A DNA stretch of 64,000 nt from Paracoccaceae bacterium (GTDB lineage Bacteria; Pseudomonadota; Alphaproteobacteria; MPNO01; UBA830): assembly GCA_047638395.1 (NCBI GenBank), contig JBLIMV010000002.1:162787-226786 (forward strand), in the 5' to 3' direction. The position numbers and the translations under genes are program-made. The notes under the pieces were generated by a model. It ran no database searches and was not told where the DNA came from. It worked only from the letters and a program-made list of their open reading frames with translations. Position 1 is the first letter of the stretch. Each line of letters begins with the position of its first letter. This document shows positions 29,815-39,810 of this stretch, piece by piece.

Positions 29815-30393
29815 ATGGTCAATCCCCGCGAACTCTCCATCGCGCTCTACGGCTCCTGGCGCTTTGCGACGCTCGACCGGGCGGCCGTTCAGTTTTTCGA
29901 CAATACCCCGAACGCCTTGTGGAAATCGTTCAATGCTGCCTGGCTTGCCCTGCCAGCCTATGCGCTTCTTGTCCTGCTGAGTTTTGCGCAACACCCGGTC
30001 GACGCCGGCGCATTCCGCATACTGTCCGTCGAAATGATTTCCTATGTAATCGGCTGGGTGCTTTTTCCACTGGTCATGGTCGCGTTCACGGATACGACAA
30101 AATCCGCCCAGAATTATTTCCGGTTCATCTCCGCCTGGAACTGGTCAATCGTGCTCCAGGCATATTTCTTCCTGAGTATATCCGCCTTTTCGGCGAGCGG
30201 CACAGTACCGGAGAGCCTGGGCGGCCTGATCAGCCTTGTGGCCACGCTGGCGATATTTTTCTATCAGGGCTTTATCGCGAAGACGACGCTGGACGTGACG
30301 GTCCCGGTCGCTGTCATGATTGTCGTAATTGATCTTACGATTGCCATCGGTCTCAGCCTCGTCAGCCGATCACTCTATCTGGCCGCTGCCTGA
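29815..30393 (+). CDS. hypothetical integral membrane protein
   Basis: ATG at 29815, in-frame within the longer ORF-track ORF. About 4 TM helices. Confidence 0.5.
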   Translation: MVNPRELSIALYGSWRFATLDRAAVQFFDNTPNALWKSFNAAWLALPAYALLVLLSFAQHPVDAGAFRILSVEMISYVIGWVLFPLVMVAFTDTTKSAQNYFRFISAWNWSIVLQAYFFLSISAFSASGTVPESLGGLISLVATLAIFFYQGFIAKTTLDVTVPVAVMIVVIDLTIAIGLSLVSRSLYLAAA

Positions 30394-30461
30394 ATCTCAC
30401 GCCTGTCTGGCTGGATGTATAACGGCGCCCGCGCCCCGGCCTTTTTCTAACTGATCTTTTT

Positions 30462-31223
30462 CTAACCGGCCTTTTTCTGATCGTCCGGATAGGCCACCGA
30501 TATCAGAGACAACCCCTCGGGCGGTGCCGTCGCACCGGCAGCCGCGCGGTCGCGGGCATCCAATGCCACCGACACATCCTCCGCCGTCCATCTTCCGGCC
30601 CCGACCCGCTCCAGCGTGCCGACGATATTGCGCACCTGATGATGCAGAAACGACCGCCCGCGGGCATGAAAATGAATCTCGTCGCCCGCCTTGCGGACAT
30701 CCAACACGTCCAATGTCTTCACCGGAGATTTGGCCTGGCACACGGTCGCCCGGAAGCTGGTGAAGTCATGCGTCCCGACGAGACATTGGGCGGCTTCATG
30801 CATCGCATCGGCATCCAGGTCCCACGGGATATGCCAGACCCGCCCCTGATCGATAGCGGGTGGCGGGCGGCGATTAAGAACACGATAAAGATAGACCCGC
30901 TCACGGGCCGAGATCCGTGCGTGAAATCCGTCGGCGGCCACCATGGCCTCCACGACTGAAATCGGCTCATCCCGAAGATGCGCATTGATCGCATCGCGCA
31001 CGGTGTCCGCGGTCGTCGGCCTCTCGATATCGATATGCGCAACCTGGCCGACCGCATGCACCCCGGCATCGGTGCGTCCCGCGCCATAGACGCGCGTCTG
31101 TTCACCGCAAAATTTAAAGACCGCCTCTTCAAGCGCTTGCTGGATGGACGGTCCGTTTTTCTGACGCTGCCAGCCGACATACGGGCCGCCGTCATATTCG
31201 ATGCGGATACGCCAGCGCGTCAT
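30462..31223 (-). CDS. truA: tRNA pseudouridine(38-40) synthase
   Basis: TruA signature ([15 protein letters not shown]..., catalytic RTDAGVHA). Confidence 0.85.
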   Translation of the reverse strand: MTRWRIRIEYDGGPYVGWQRQKNGPSIQQALEEAVFKFCGEQTRVYGAGRTDAGVHAVGQVAHIDIERPTTADTVRDAINAHLRDEPISVVEAMVAADGFHARISARERVYLYRVLNRRPPPAIDQGRVWHIPWDLDADAMHEAAQCLVGTHDFTSFRATVCQAKSPVKTLDVLDVRKAGDEIHFHARGRSFLHHQVRNIVGTLERVGAGRWTAEDVSVALDARDRAAAGATAPPEGLSLISVAYPDDQKKAG

Positions 31224-32125
31224 TGCAGGACCGTCCCCGCCGGCACCGGATTGCCGCGCACATATTCATCAGCCGCCATTGCCGATTTGCCGGCATGCTG
31301 CACCCGGTCCAGCCGCAAAGCGCCGTCACCGCAGGCAACCGTCAGGGGTGCTGCGATCACCATGCCGGGTTCGCCGGATCCAGGCACCGGCGTCGCCGCC
31401 AGCACGCGGAGCCGGGCCTCATCGCGTTCACACCACACACCCGGCCAGGGGTTGAGGGCCCTGATTTTGAGATCGAGGACCGCGGCGGTCTCGGTCCAGT
31501 CGATCCGGCCTTCTGCGCGGTCCAGCTTGGGCGCGTAGGTCGATCCATCCTCGGGTTGCGGGACCGCTGGCGGCAATTTACCGGACAGCACCTCCACAAC
31601 CAGCTTCCCGCCGAGGGCGGCCAGCGCATCATGCACATCGGATGCTGTCGTCTTGTCACCGATGGGATACTTTCCGGTCGCCAGCATCGGCCCGGTATCG
31701 AGCCCTTCATCCATCTGCATGATGGTCACACCGGTTTCGGTATCGCCGGCAAGGATGGCCCGCTGAATCGGTGCCGCACCGCGCCAGCGTGGCAACAACG
31801 AAGCATGAATATTGATGCAGCCGAACGACGGCGCGTTGAGAACCGCTTTGGGAAGGATCAACCCGTAAGCAGCGACGATTGCGGCGTCTGCGTTGAGCGC
31901 AACGAAATCCGCCTGGGCGTCGGCGGTTTTCAGGCTCACCGGGTATCTGACATCGATCCCGTGTTCCTGGGCATATCGCTGAACCGGAGACGGCTGCTCC
32001 TTGTGGCCGCGCCCGGCAGGCCGCGGCGGCTGCGAATAGACACAGACCACGTCGTGACCGGCATCGATCAGGGCGGCGAGCGCGGGGACCGCGAAATCAG
32101 GCGTCCCCATAAAGATCAGACGCAT
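31220..32125 (-). CDS. fmt: methionyl-tRNA formyltransferase
   Basis: [15 protein letters not shown]-terminus. Formyltransferase core. Lies downstream of def. Confidence 0.85.
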   Translation of the reverse strand: MRLIFMGTPDFAVPALAALIDAGHDVVCVYSQPPRPAGRGHKEQPSPVQRYAQEHGIDVRYPVSLKTADAQADFVALNADAAIVAAYGLILPKAVLNAPSFGCINIHASLLPRWRGAAPIQRAILAGDTETGVTIMQMDEGLDTGPMLATGKYPIGDKTTASDVHDALAALGGKLVVEVLSGKLPPAVPQPEDGSTYAPKLDRAEGRIDWTETAAVLDLKIRALNPWPGVWCERDEARLRVLAATPVPGSGEPGMVIAAPLTVACGDGALRLDRVQHAGKSAMAADEYVRGNPVPAGTVLQ

Positions 32126-32137
32126 TGGGAGTCTCCC

Positions 32138-32662
32138 TCAGGCGCCGGCTTTGACGTCTTGTTTTTTGAGCTTGGTCAGCTTGCGCATAATCATCCCGCG
32201 TTTGAGGCCCGAGATATGATCGACAAACAGGATACCGTCGAGATGATCCATCTCGTGCTGGACGCAGGTCGACAGGAACCCGTCCATTTCGTGTTCGCGA
32301 ATTTCGTTCTCGCGGTCGAGATACCGAATGCGCACACGTTCGGGGCGCTTTACCTCGGCGAAGTGCTCGGGCAGCGACAGGCAACCCTCCTCGAATACGG
32401 CACGTTCCTTGGATGCCTCGATGATTTCAGGATTGGCCATCAGCATTGGCTGCGGCGCGTCACCAGACCGGGCGACATCCGCAACAATTACCCGTTTCGA
32501 CACACCTACCTGCGGCGCGGCCAGCCCGACACCGGGGGCCGCGTACATGGTTTCCAGCATGTCATCCATCAGGCGCCGGATATCGTCATCCACGGCATCG
32601 ATTCTGGATGCAACGATCTTCAGGCGCGGATCGGGCGCAGTGATGATGGGCAGTAAGGCCAT
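32138..32662 (-). CDS. def: peptide deformylase
   Basis: GVGLAAPQVG, EGCLS and HEMDHL motifs. Confidence 0.9.
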   Translation of the reverse strand: MALLPIITAPDPRLKIVASRIDAVDDDIRRLMDDMLETMYAAPGVGLAAPQVGVSKRVIVADVARSGDAPQPMLMANPEIIEASKERAVFEEGCLSLPEHFAEVKRPERVRIRYLDRENEIREHEMDGFLSTCVQHEMDHLDGILFVDHISGLKRGMIMRKLTKLKKQDVKAGA

Positions 32663-32843
32663 CGGAGCGAATTACCTCTTGAACAGAACGCGTTAGGTAT
32701 GCGGTTGCGCTCATAGGGTCAAGTCTGTGGGTCAAGCCTGCGGATTGAGTCTGCGGGTCGGGTCTGCGGTGAAGCCGGCGCCCGGGCTGGGGCGGCACGA
32801 TCCGATTCGCCCCGGCGCTGCAGGTTCGTGTTATGTTCCTCCC

Positions 32844-34013
32844 ATGGAACCTGTGACGATTATGGCGCTTTTCATCGCCGCCGCTGCTATTGGCGTGGCG
32901 GCATTTGCCCTTCTGCGCGGCAATGGCCGCAATGACGGCGCAGCGGACGAACGCACCGAACATATGACGCGGACGACCGAACGCCTGGTCGCCGCCCAGG
33001 CGGAACTCGCCGGGCGCCTGTCGCAGATTGCCGAGGCAGATGCGGCGAGCCAGAAGGCGTTGTCCGAGCGTCTGCAGAACCAGGAAATCGCGATCACCAA
33101 AACGCTTGAAGCGCGTCTCGCGGATGTGAGCAAGAAAGTCGGTGATTCGCTGCAGCAATCCAGTGTCAAATCATCGGAGACCATGACCAAGCTGCAGGAA
33201 CGCCTGGCGGTGATCGATGTTGCGCAAAAAAATATCACCGGCCTGTCCGAACAAGTCGTCCAGCTGCAGGATGTCCTGTCCAATCGCCATGCGCGCGGCG
33301 CCTTTGGCGAAGTGCAGTTGCAGGACCTGGTGAAGTCCGCCCTGCCACCATCCGCCTATTCTTTTCAGCAGACCCTGACCAACGGCAAGCGGGTCGACTG
33401 CCTGCTGATGCTGCCCAACCCGCCGGGGGCCATCGCGGTCGATGCGAAGTTCCCGCTGGAAAGCTATCATGCGCTGCGTAACGCGACGGACGATACAGCC
33501 AAAACCCAGCATTCCCGTGCCTTTGCGGCGGACGTATTGAAACACGTTCGCGATATTGCCGACCGCTATATCGTGCCGGGTGAAACCGCCGAATCCGCCC
33601 TGATGTTTCTGCCATCCGAGGCGGTTTACGCGGAGCTTTATGCCAATCACCAGGCAACGGTAGAAAAATCCCACCGCGCCAAAGTCTGGATCGTTTCGCC
33701 GACGACGCTCATGGCGACGCTGAACACAATCCGCGCCGTCCTGAAGGATGCATCGATGCAGGAACAGGCCGGCGTCATCCAGACCGAAGTACGCAAGATG
33801 CTGATCGACGTGGAACGGATCGACGAGCGTGTCGGCAATCTCAAAAAGCACTTCAAACAGGCCGAAAAAGACATTGGCGACATCAGCATTTCGACCAACA
33901 AGGTCACCAGCCGCGGCGAGAAGATCGAGCAGATCGAACTTGGCGAAGGCGCCGACCCTGATGAGATCACCGCCGGTGCGGAAATCCATACGCTGGAGCG
34001 CGGCAACGGCTGA
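32844..34013 (+). CDS. rmuC: DNA recombination protein RmuC
   Basis: N-terminal TM helix, long coiled-coil, and conserved RmuC C-terminal domain. Start placed at MEPVTIMALF rather than the upstream ORF-track start. Confidence 0.7.
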   Translation: MEPVTIMALFIAAAAIGVAAFALLRGNGRNDGAADERTEHMTRTTERLVAAQAELAGRLSQIAEADAASQKALSERLQNQEIAITKTLEARLADVSKKVGDSLQQSSVKSSETMTKLQERLAVIDVAQKNITGLSEQVVQLQDVLSNRHARGAFGEVQLQDLVKSALPPSAYSFQQTLTNGKRVDCLLMLPNPPGAIAVDAKFPLESYHALRNATDDTAKTQHSRAFAADVLKHVRDIADRYIVPGETAESALMFLPSEAVYAELYANHQATVEKSHRAKVWIVSPTTLMATLNTIRAVLKDASMQEQAGVIQTEVRKMLIDVERIDERVGNLKKHFKQAEKDIGDISISTNKVTSRGEKIEQIELGEGADPDEITAGAEIHTLERGNG

Positions 34014-34138
34014 TCGCGCCGACCAACTTCTGCCGCGCTCACCTGACTCGGCTGGTTCAACCAGGCGTCATTTGCACCCTGCAAATATGAATGAAATACT
34101 CCCCGAAGATATTTTGATCGCCCGTGGAGTTCCCCGAT

Positions 34139-35368
34139 ATGAAAGCATTCTGGCGTAGCCCCGTATTCGTTCTGTTTGCGGCAACGGCGATTATCCTGAT
34201 TGCCAACGGTTCGCGTCAGAGCTTCGGGCTGTTTGTGGTCCCCATCAGTACCGATCTCGGTTGGGGCCGCAGTGAATTCGCGTGGGCGATTGCGATCCAG
34301 AATCTTGTCATGGGCTGCGCCGCCCCCTTTGTTGCCGCCCTTGGTGATCGCATCGGGCCCATCCGTGTGATTGCGGTATCTGCCGCCCTCTACGCGACCG
34401 GCATGGCGCTGATATCGATTTCGACAACACCGGAGAGCATGATCCTGTCGGCGGGCTTCGTGGTCGGGCTTGGGGCGGCCGGTGTCGGCTTCACCCTGCC
34501 GCTCGCCCTTGTGGGTCGCGTCGCGCCTGCACAGTCGCGGGTCTTATGGTTGGGCATTGTCACCGCGGGCGGATCCGCAGGGCAGTTCGTTTTTGCGCCG
34601 ACCAGCACCGTGCTCATCGGATCCTTCGGCTGGTCCGAAGGGCTGGTGATCCTCGCCATCATGGTCGCGGTCGCCATTCCATTGGCGCTGTCGATGAAAG
34701 CAGGCAGCGCTGAAACGCTGGCCCAGCCGGACCATCAGAGCCTGTCCACAGCCCTACGCGAAGCCAGCCGGCACAGGGGATACTGGCTCCTGGTGATGGG
34801 TTTCTTCGTGTGTGGCTTCCATGTCCAGTTCGTCGGCACCCATCTTCCCGGTTTCCTGAACGACGCGGGCGCGGATGATTATCTCGCTGGCTGGGCGCTT
34901 GCCACGATCGGTCTGTTTAATATCGCCGGCACGATTATCGCCGGTCGCCTGGGATCGCGCTGGAGTAAGAAAAATCTGCTGTGCCTGTTGTATTTGTCCC
35001 GCGCGGCCCTGTTCATGACGTTCATATACCTGCCGGTAAACGCCGTAACGGTGCTGGGCTTCGCCGCCATTATGGGGCTCCTGTGGCTTTCCACGGTCCC
35101 CCTGACAAGCGGGATCGTCGCCCAGGTTTTCGGACCGAGATACATGGGAACGCTGTTCGGGATCGTGTTCCTGAGCCATCAATTGGGGAGCTTTACGGGC
35201 GTCGCCCTCGGCGGCATTCTGTACGACCTTTACGGCACCTATGAAGCTGTCTGGTGGATCGCAATCGCGCTGGGGGGCGTCGCAGCCCTTATCCACTGGG
35301 GAATCGACGAAGCACCTCTTGAACGCCCGGTTTCGGACCCAAGTAGTGCCGGTGAAAAGGCTGGCTGA
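34139..35368 (+). CDS. MFS transporter
   Basis: 12 predicted TM helices. ATG at 34139 has a GGAG RBS. A GTG at 34124 is an alternative start. Confidence 0.7.
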   Translation: MKAFWRSPVFVLFAATAIILIANGSRQSFGLFVVPISTDLGWGRSEFAWAIAIQNLVMGCAAPFVAALGDRIGPIRVIAVSAALYATGMALISISTTPESMILSAGFVVGLGAAGVGFTLPLALVGRVAPAQSRVLWLGIVTAGGSAGQFVFAPTSTVLIGSFGWSEGLVILAIMVAVAIPLALSMKAGSAETLAQPDHQSLSTALREASRHRGYWLLVMGFFVCGFHVQFVGTHLPGFLNDAGADDYLAGWALATIGLFNIAGTIIAGRLGSRWSKKNLLCLLYLSRAALFMTFIYLPVNAVTVLGFAAIMGLLWLSTVPLTSGIVAQVFGPRYMGTLFGIVFLSHQLGSFTGVALGGILYDLYGTYEAVWWIAIALGGVAALIHWGIDEAPLERPVSDPSSAGEKAG

Positions 35369-35434
35369 CGTACCGTCTTGCGCCGCCGATGGCGAACTGG
35401 AACACTCCCCACAACATAACGAAGGAGAGTTCCA

Positions 35435-35857
35435 ATGGCCGAAACGACCGCATCCCTGAAACTGACCCATGAAGGCGCACTTGCCGCGCTGAACGCCGGA
35501 ATTGCAAAGGCGACCGCAATGGGACAGCCGCAATGCATTTCAATCGTCGATCCCGGTGGGCATCTGCTGGCATTTGTGCGGATGGATGGTGCTTTTCACA
35601 TGTCGCTCGAAACATCGCTGCGCAAGGCAAAGACGGCTGCGTGCTACGGCGCGCCGACAGGTGGGATGCAGGACGACGTTGCCATCAAACTCGCCCTCGG
35701 GACCGACGGCCAGCGAATCAATCTGCCGGGCGGATTGCCGATTATCGTCGACGGTCACTGCATCGGCGGGGTCGGTGTCGGATCCGGCACGGGCGAACAG
35801 GACCGTGAGGTCGCGACGCAGGCCATTGCCGCCATTCCGGGCTCTCAATCCTTCTGA
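35435..35857 (+). CDS. GlcG/HbpS-like heme-binding protein (DUF336)
   Basis: DUF336 pattern (ISIVDPGGHLLAF...GGLPIIVDG..IGGVGVGSGT). Confidence 0.7.
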   Translation: MAETTASLKLTHEGALAALNAGIAKATAMGQPQCISIVDPGGHLLAFVRMDGAFHMSLETSLRKAKTAACYGAPTGGMQDDVAIKLALGTDGQRINLPGGLPIIVDGHCIGGVGVGSGTGEQDREVATQAIAAIPGSQSF

Positions 35858-36345
35858 TCAAGCCCCGGTCAGGACGATCGGGAAATCACCGCCGGTAGAA
35901 CGGGGTCGATTTAACCAGTTGTCCACAGGACCCTGCCCGGACTCCGGGAAATCTGCGCGGTACTGCCCGTGCGGCGGGTTAATTTTGGTTAAAATTCAGA
36001 AATATTTACAGATTCATTACCCCCCAAAGCTAAACCCGTGATATTCTGTCTTTTGTCGGCTCACTCAAAAAATTGGGGTGTCGGCGGCTACAAAGTGTTC
36101 CGTCAGAAAACAACATCTGACCGGATACACGGCAGGATGGGACAGTAAGGGATAGCAATGCCACAGTGACCGACCTTCGGCTCAAGAAGGGACGGCCCAA
36201 CTAAAAAATTGAACGAAAAAGGTATTGCCTGAGGCGATAAGCCAATGAGCGCGGATATTAAGAACAGGCCACGAAAAAGTGGCCGGGACACCTGACGATC
36301 TGACGACTGACTTACAACTTACGACGCAAAGAGGGAGCCTTTAAA

Positions 36346-36525
36346 TGAGCGATTCGAACACCGGTTCATTGGATGCTGAAGAAATTGTCTTGGACCACCG
36401 CGCGGCCACGGACGTTCCGATCGACCGCAAATGCATGTCATGCAGTGAAAAGTTTGCAAGCGAGGGATGGCATAATCGTTTGTGCCTGCGCTGCCGGAAA
36501 CGCAGCGAGCCCGATTTCGTCTAAC
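36346..36525 (+). CDS. small zinc-ribbon protein (59 aa, two CxxC pairs); not in the ORF track
   Basis: Strong SD (AGAGGGAG) 8 nt upstream of ATG. CMSC...CLRC motifs. Followed immediately by a strong terminator. Confidence 0.5.
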
Positions 36526-36544
36526 CTCTGAAATTACGATCACA

Positions 36545-36577
36545 AAAATCCCGGTGCATTGCGCCGGGATTTTTTTA
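36545..36577 (+). terminator. rho-independent (bidirectional) terminator
   Basis: AAATCCCGG-TGCATTGCG-CCGGGATTTTTTT hairpin with a flanking A-run and T-run. Confidence 0.65.
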
Positions 36578-36648
36578 TGCCCGCATTCCGGAGTCGGCGT
36601 GTGAATGATAGGCTCTCACCGTAAACCCTAACCGATGGAGAATCCTGA

Positions 36649-37101
36649 ATGGCATTGATTGCTGCCGGCGTTGACGCGCCTGATTTCAGCCTCCCGAACC
36701 AGGACGGTGCTGCGGTGAAGAAAGACGACTTCACCGGCCGTTACGTCCTGCTCTGGTGGTACCCCAAAGCCGACACACCCGGCTGAACGATCGAAGGCAA
36801 CGGGTTCCGTGATAGAATCCAAGACTTTGAAGACCGTAACGCGGTCATCCTCGGCGTCAGCTATGACAGCGCCGCCGATAATGGTGCGTTTCGTGAAAAA
36901 TTCTCGTTTCCCTATGACCTCGTAAGCGACGAGGACGGTGCGGTATCGATCGCTTATGGCGTATCGGAGCCGGACAGTGCCCGTTCGCCGCGCAAGTCGG
37001 TGCTGATCGGCCCCGATGGCAAGGTCGCTGCATCCTATGACGCGGTAAAACCGGCGGATCACCCCGCCGAAATCATCGCTGATCTGGACCGCCTGAAGTA
37101 G
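36649..37101 (+). CDS. bcp: Bcp-type peroxiredoxin (thiol peroxidase) with an in-frame TGA at the peroxidatic-Cys position; putative selenoprotein
   Basis: GGAGAA RBS. Aligns with E. coli Bcp: FYPKAMTPGCTVQACGLRD versus WYPKADTPG[TGA]TIEGNGFRD. TGA at 36784-36786 is codon 46. The frame continues 104 codons to TAG at 37099. Confidence 0.55.
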
Positions 37102-37230
37102 CGAATATCCACGAGAGCAATGCTTAGGGGCGGATCTTTGATCCGCCCCTTTTCCGATAGGATATCCGGGGGCGAACAGGCCTCCGGAAACGCTGGACAC
37201 GGCAGCGCCGGCATACGAAAGGAAGATGAA

Positions 37231-37683
37231 ATGATAAAAACCCGCATCCATGCGATTGCCGGAATCATAGCCTTTCTGACCATCCTGACGTTCTGGCTGT
37301 CCACCCTGGTATCGGAAATATTCGGCAGCCTTGCCGACATTGCACAGGTCAAAAACGCGATTCTGTGGGGCATGATTATCCTGGTCCCCTGCCTGATGCT
37401 GACCGGGGGGACCGGCGCGTCGCTGGGTAAACGACGGAACGATCCACGCGTTTCGGCGAAGAAAAAACGCATGCCGCTGATTGCCGGTAACGGCCTGGTC
37501 GTCCTGGTTCCCTCCGCGGTACTGCTGTCCTTCATGGCAAGTAACGGCGATTTCAGCACCGCGTTTTACGCCGTCCAGGCGCTCGAACTGGTCGTCGGCA
37601 CAGTTAACCTGACCCTGATGGGTCTCAATATCCGGGACGGTTTCGCACTGAGAAAACCGTTGCCGAAAGAACCGGCGACATAG
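37231..37683 (+). CDS. hypothetical membrane protein (4 TM)
   Basis: GGAAG RBS. Hydrophobic helices. Confidence 0.45.
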   Translation: MIKTRIHAIAGIIAFLTILTFWLSTLVSEIFGSLADIAQVKNAILWGMIILVPCLMLTGGTGASLGKRRNDPRVSAKKKRMPLIAGNGLVVLVPSAVLLSFMASNGDFSTAFYAVQALELVVGTVNLTLMGLNIRDGFALRKPLPKEPAT

Positions 37684-37767
37684 GTTGATGTCGGGCCGGC
37701 GCAAACACAGACTTTAAGAATCGGGCTATGCGCGATAGCCTGCCGGAAGCCCGACAAAGGATTCTGA

Positions 37768-38199
37768 ATGTTTGCCGCAACCGCCATTACCGTTTTCATC
37801 AGCGCGCTCGTTATTCTGGTGCATTTCGAAATTATGACCTGGCTGACCAAGGCCGCCCGCACGGCCCGGTTGCCAACCCGGATCAGCCTGCTGCTTGGTG
37901 TCTTTGTTCTATTCGCGGCACATTCTCTCGAAGTCTGGATTTTTGCCGGGGGGCTGTATTTCGCGCGCGAAGTTGCTGAGCTCGGCGACCTGACCGGCGC
38001 ATTCGACAGCAGCGCGCGGGATTATCTGTATATATCGCTGGTGAACTACACGACGCTCGGCTACGGCGAAATCGTGCCGACAGGACACCTGCGGACGATC
38101 TGCGGTTTCGAAGCCCTGATCGGCCTGCTGATGATGGCGTGGTCAGCGGCCTTCACCGTGTTCCGCCTGACTGACCGCTGGCGGGCAAACCTGGACTGA
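37768..38199 (+). CDS. two-TM potassium-channel pore-domain protein (Ion_trans_2)
   Basis: Selectivity-filter-like YTTLGYGEIVP between two TM helices. 143 aa. Confidence 0.6.
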   Translation: MFAATAITVFISALVILVHFEIMTWLTKAARTARLPTRISLLLGVFVLFAAHSLEVWIFAGGLYFAREVAELGDLTGAFDSSARDYLYISLVNYTTLGYGEIVPTGHLRTICGFEALIGLLMMAWSAAFTVFRLTDRWRANLD

Positions 38200-38222
38200 G
38201 GATCAGGCTTTAGGCCAGGCGA

Positions 38223-39599
38223 TCAGGTTCCCTCAAACAGGTTCCGGAAGAACGGGACGAGAAACCGTCCACCTGGGTCATGTGTCTGCCGAAGGGCCAT
38301 GAACTGGCCGATCTCCGGCCCGAATGCCCTCTGCGCCTGTGCCGGCGTGATGGCCGGCGTCTGGTTAAACAGCGGCGTGCCATTATGGCGGCTGCAGAAC
38401 GCGTCATAGGCGACCAGGTAATCTTCCCAGCCCGGACCGCCGGTCGAAACGGGATCGAGCGTCAGCGCCGCGGATTTTCGTGTATAGGAAAACAGCGATT
38501 GGCGATCTTCGGCGATGTGATAGCCGACATTTAACAGATCGCAACGGAAGCCGGTTTCGGCATAATAGTCGCGGCAGAACCTGAAATAGGCGCGCAGCGT
38601 GTCCGGATATTCGGCCCGCGGGAACGCCCAGATGCTGAACGTATAGGCGCTGAAGCCCCCCACATCCGGGTAGCGGATGATCTGGTCGGCGGGGCTCGTC
38701 GATGCTCCCCGCAGCAGCTTCGCCGCCATCAGTAACGTCAGCCGGTTCATCATGTTCAGCAGAAAACCGCGCAGGCGCCGAAACGGCACATAGCCGGTCA
38801 CGATTTTGCTGAAGCCCGGGCCGAGCTTGCTCCAGACGAAATTCCGCAGGCGCCATTGCCACGCATTGGCCCGCACCGGCGGCGTACCCTCCGAGCGGTA
38901 TTCGACCATTACGCGGTCAAGGAACGGAAACAGATAGAGCATGATTGACCGGTCGCCGGCGACCAGGTCGTCCAGATTGTCGGCGAATTCATCCACGCTG
39001 TAGCGAATATGTTCGACCGCCATCGGTGCGATTTCCTTGACCCGGAACGTGACCTCGTAAATCACGCCAAGCATGCCGTAGCTCGATCGCATCGCCGCCA
39101 TCAGATCGCCATCGGCCTCCGTGACCTCTATCAGGTCGCCCCCAGCATCGACGGCCTTGATGCCGATTGCGTAGGACGCAACCTGACCGAACTCCCAGCC
39201 TTCGGCCGCAGAGAAGAACGACGCATCCTTGGTGCCGCCGCAGGCACCGCTACCCACCGTCATGTTGCCGATCTCGACATTGACGTAGAATTGCAACCCT
39301 TCGCGTTCGAGCGCCTTCGCGGCATCGATATGCAGCACCCCCGCCTGCATGGTGATGGTCATCGCCACGCGGTCGATCCCAAGGATTTTGTTCATCTGTG
39401 TCATGTCGATGACGGTGCCGCCCTCGTTCACGACGCAGCGGGTCGTCGAATGGTGCGAACCCTTCACCCGCACCGGGCCAGGGTATTTTCCCCGATCCTT
39501 AACAATCCGGACGATGTCCGCGACGCTTCGTGCATATTCGAGCGAATATGCGTGATACGTGACTTCGCGCTTCCAGTTCTGCAGACGCACCTGTGCCAT
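38223..39599 (-). CDS. FAD-linked oxidase (D-arabinono-1,4-lactone / gulonolactone oxidase-like)
   Basis: PCMH-type FAD-binding N-terminal domain (VRVKGSHHS) and an ALO-like C-terminal domain. Confidence 0.65.
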   Translation of the reverse strand: MAQVRLQNWKREVTYHAYSLEYARSVADIVRIVKDRGKYPGPVRVKGSHHSTTRCVVNEGGTVIDMTQMNKILGIDRVAMTITMQAGVLHIDAAKALEREGLQFYVNVEIGNMTVGSGACGGTKDASFFSAAEGWEFGQVASYAIGIKAVDAGGDLIEVTEADGDLMAAMRSSYGMLGVIYEVTFRVKEIAPMAVEHIRYSVDEFADNLDDLVAGDRSIMLYLFPFLDRVMVEYRSEGTPPVRANAWQWRLRNFVWSKLGPGFSKIVTGYVPFRRLRGFLLNMMNRLTLLMAAKLLRGASTSPADQIIRYPDVGGFSAYTFSIWAFPRAEYPDTLRAYFRFCRDYYAETGFRCDLLNVGYHIAEDRQSLFSYTRKSAALTLDPVSTGGPGWEDYLVAYDAFCSRHNGTPLFNQTPAITPAQAQRAFGPEIGQFMALRQTHDPGGRFLVPFFRNLFEGT

Positions 39600-39810
39600 G
39601 GCTGAAATACCTCCCTGTTTTCAGCACCGGCAACGCGGTTTTGAGCCTACCTCATAACGCACCGACGCCCGGCGCTGTCCAAATCATGCCCTGTTGCGAT
39701 CCGGCCTGTAAAGCCGCCGGCCGCTGTAGCATGAGGGTTGCGATGGCAGCACGGGCGTCTATCCTGACCGCGTGCGTGCTGACATGGACCATTCGGGAGG
39801 CGACGGAATG

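Noticed and set aside
36628-37704. 358-aa minus-strand ORF spanning the peroxiredoxin and membrane-protein genes
   Set aside because: The plus strand has two genes with proper RBSs and a Bcp-family match. The minus-strand ORF is low-complexity, and it exists only because the plus-strand gene contains TGA (which reads as TCA antisense).
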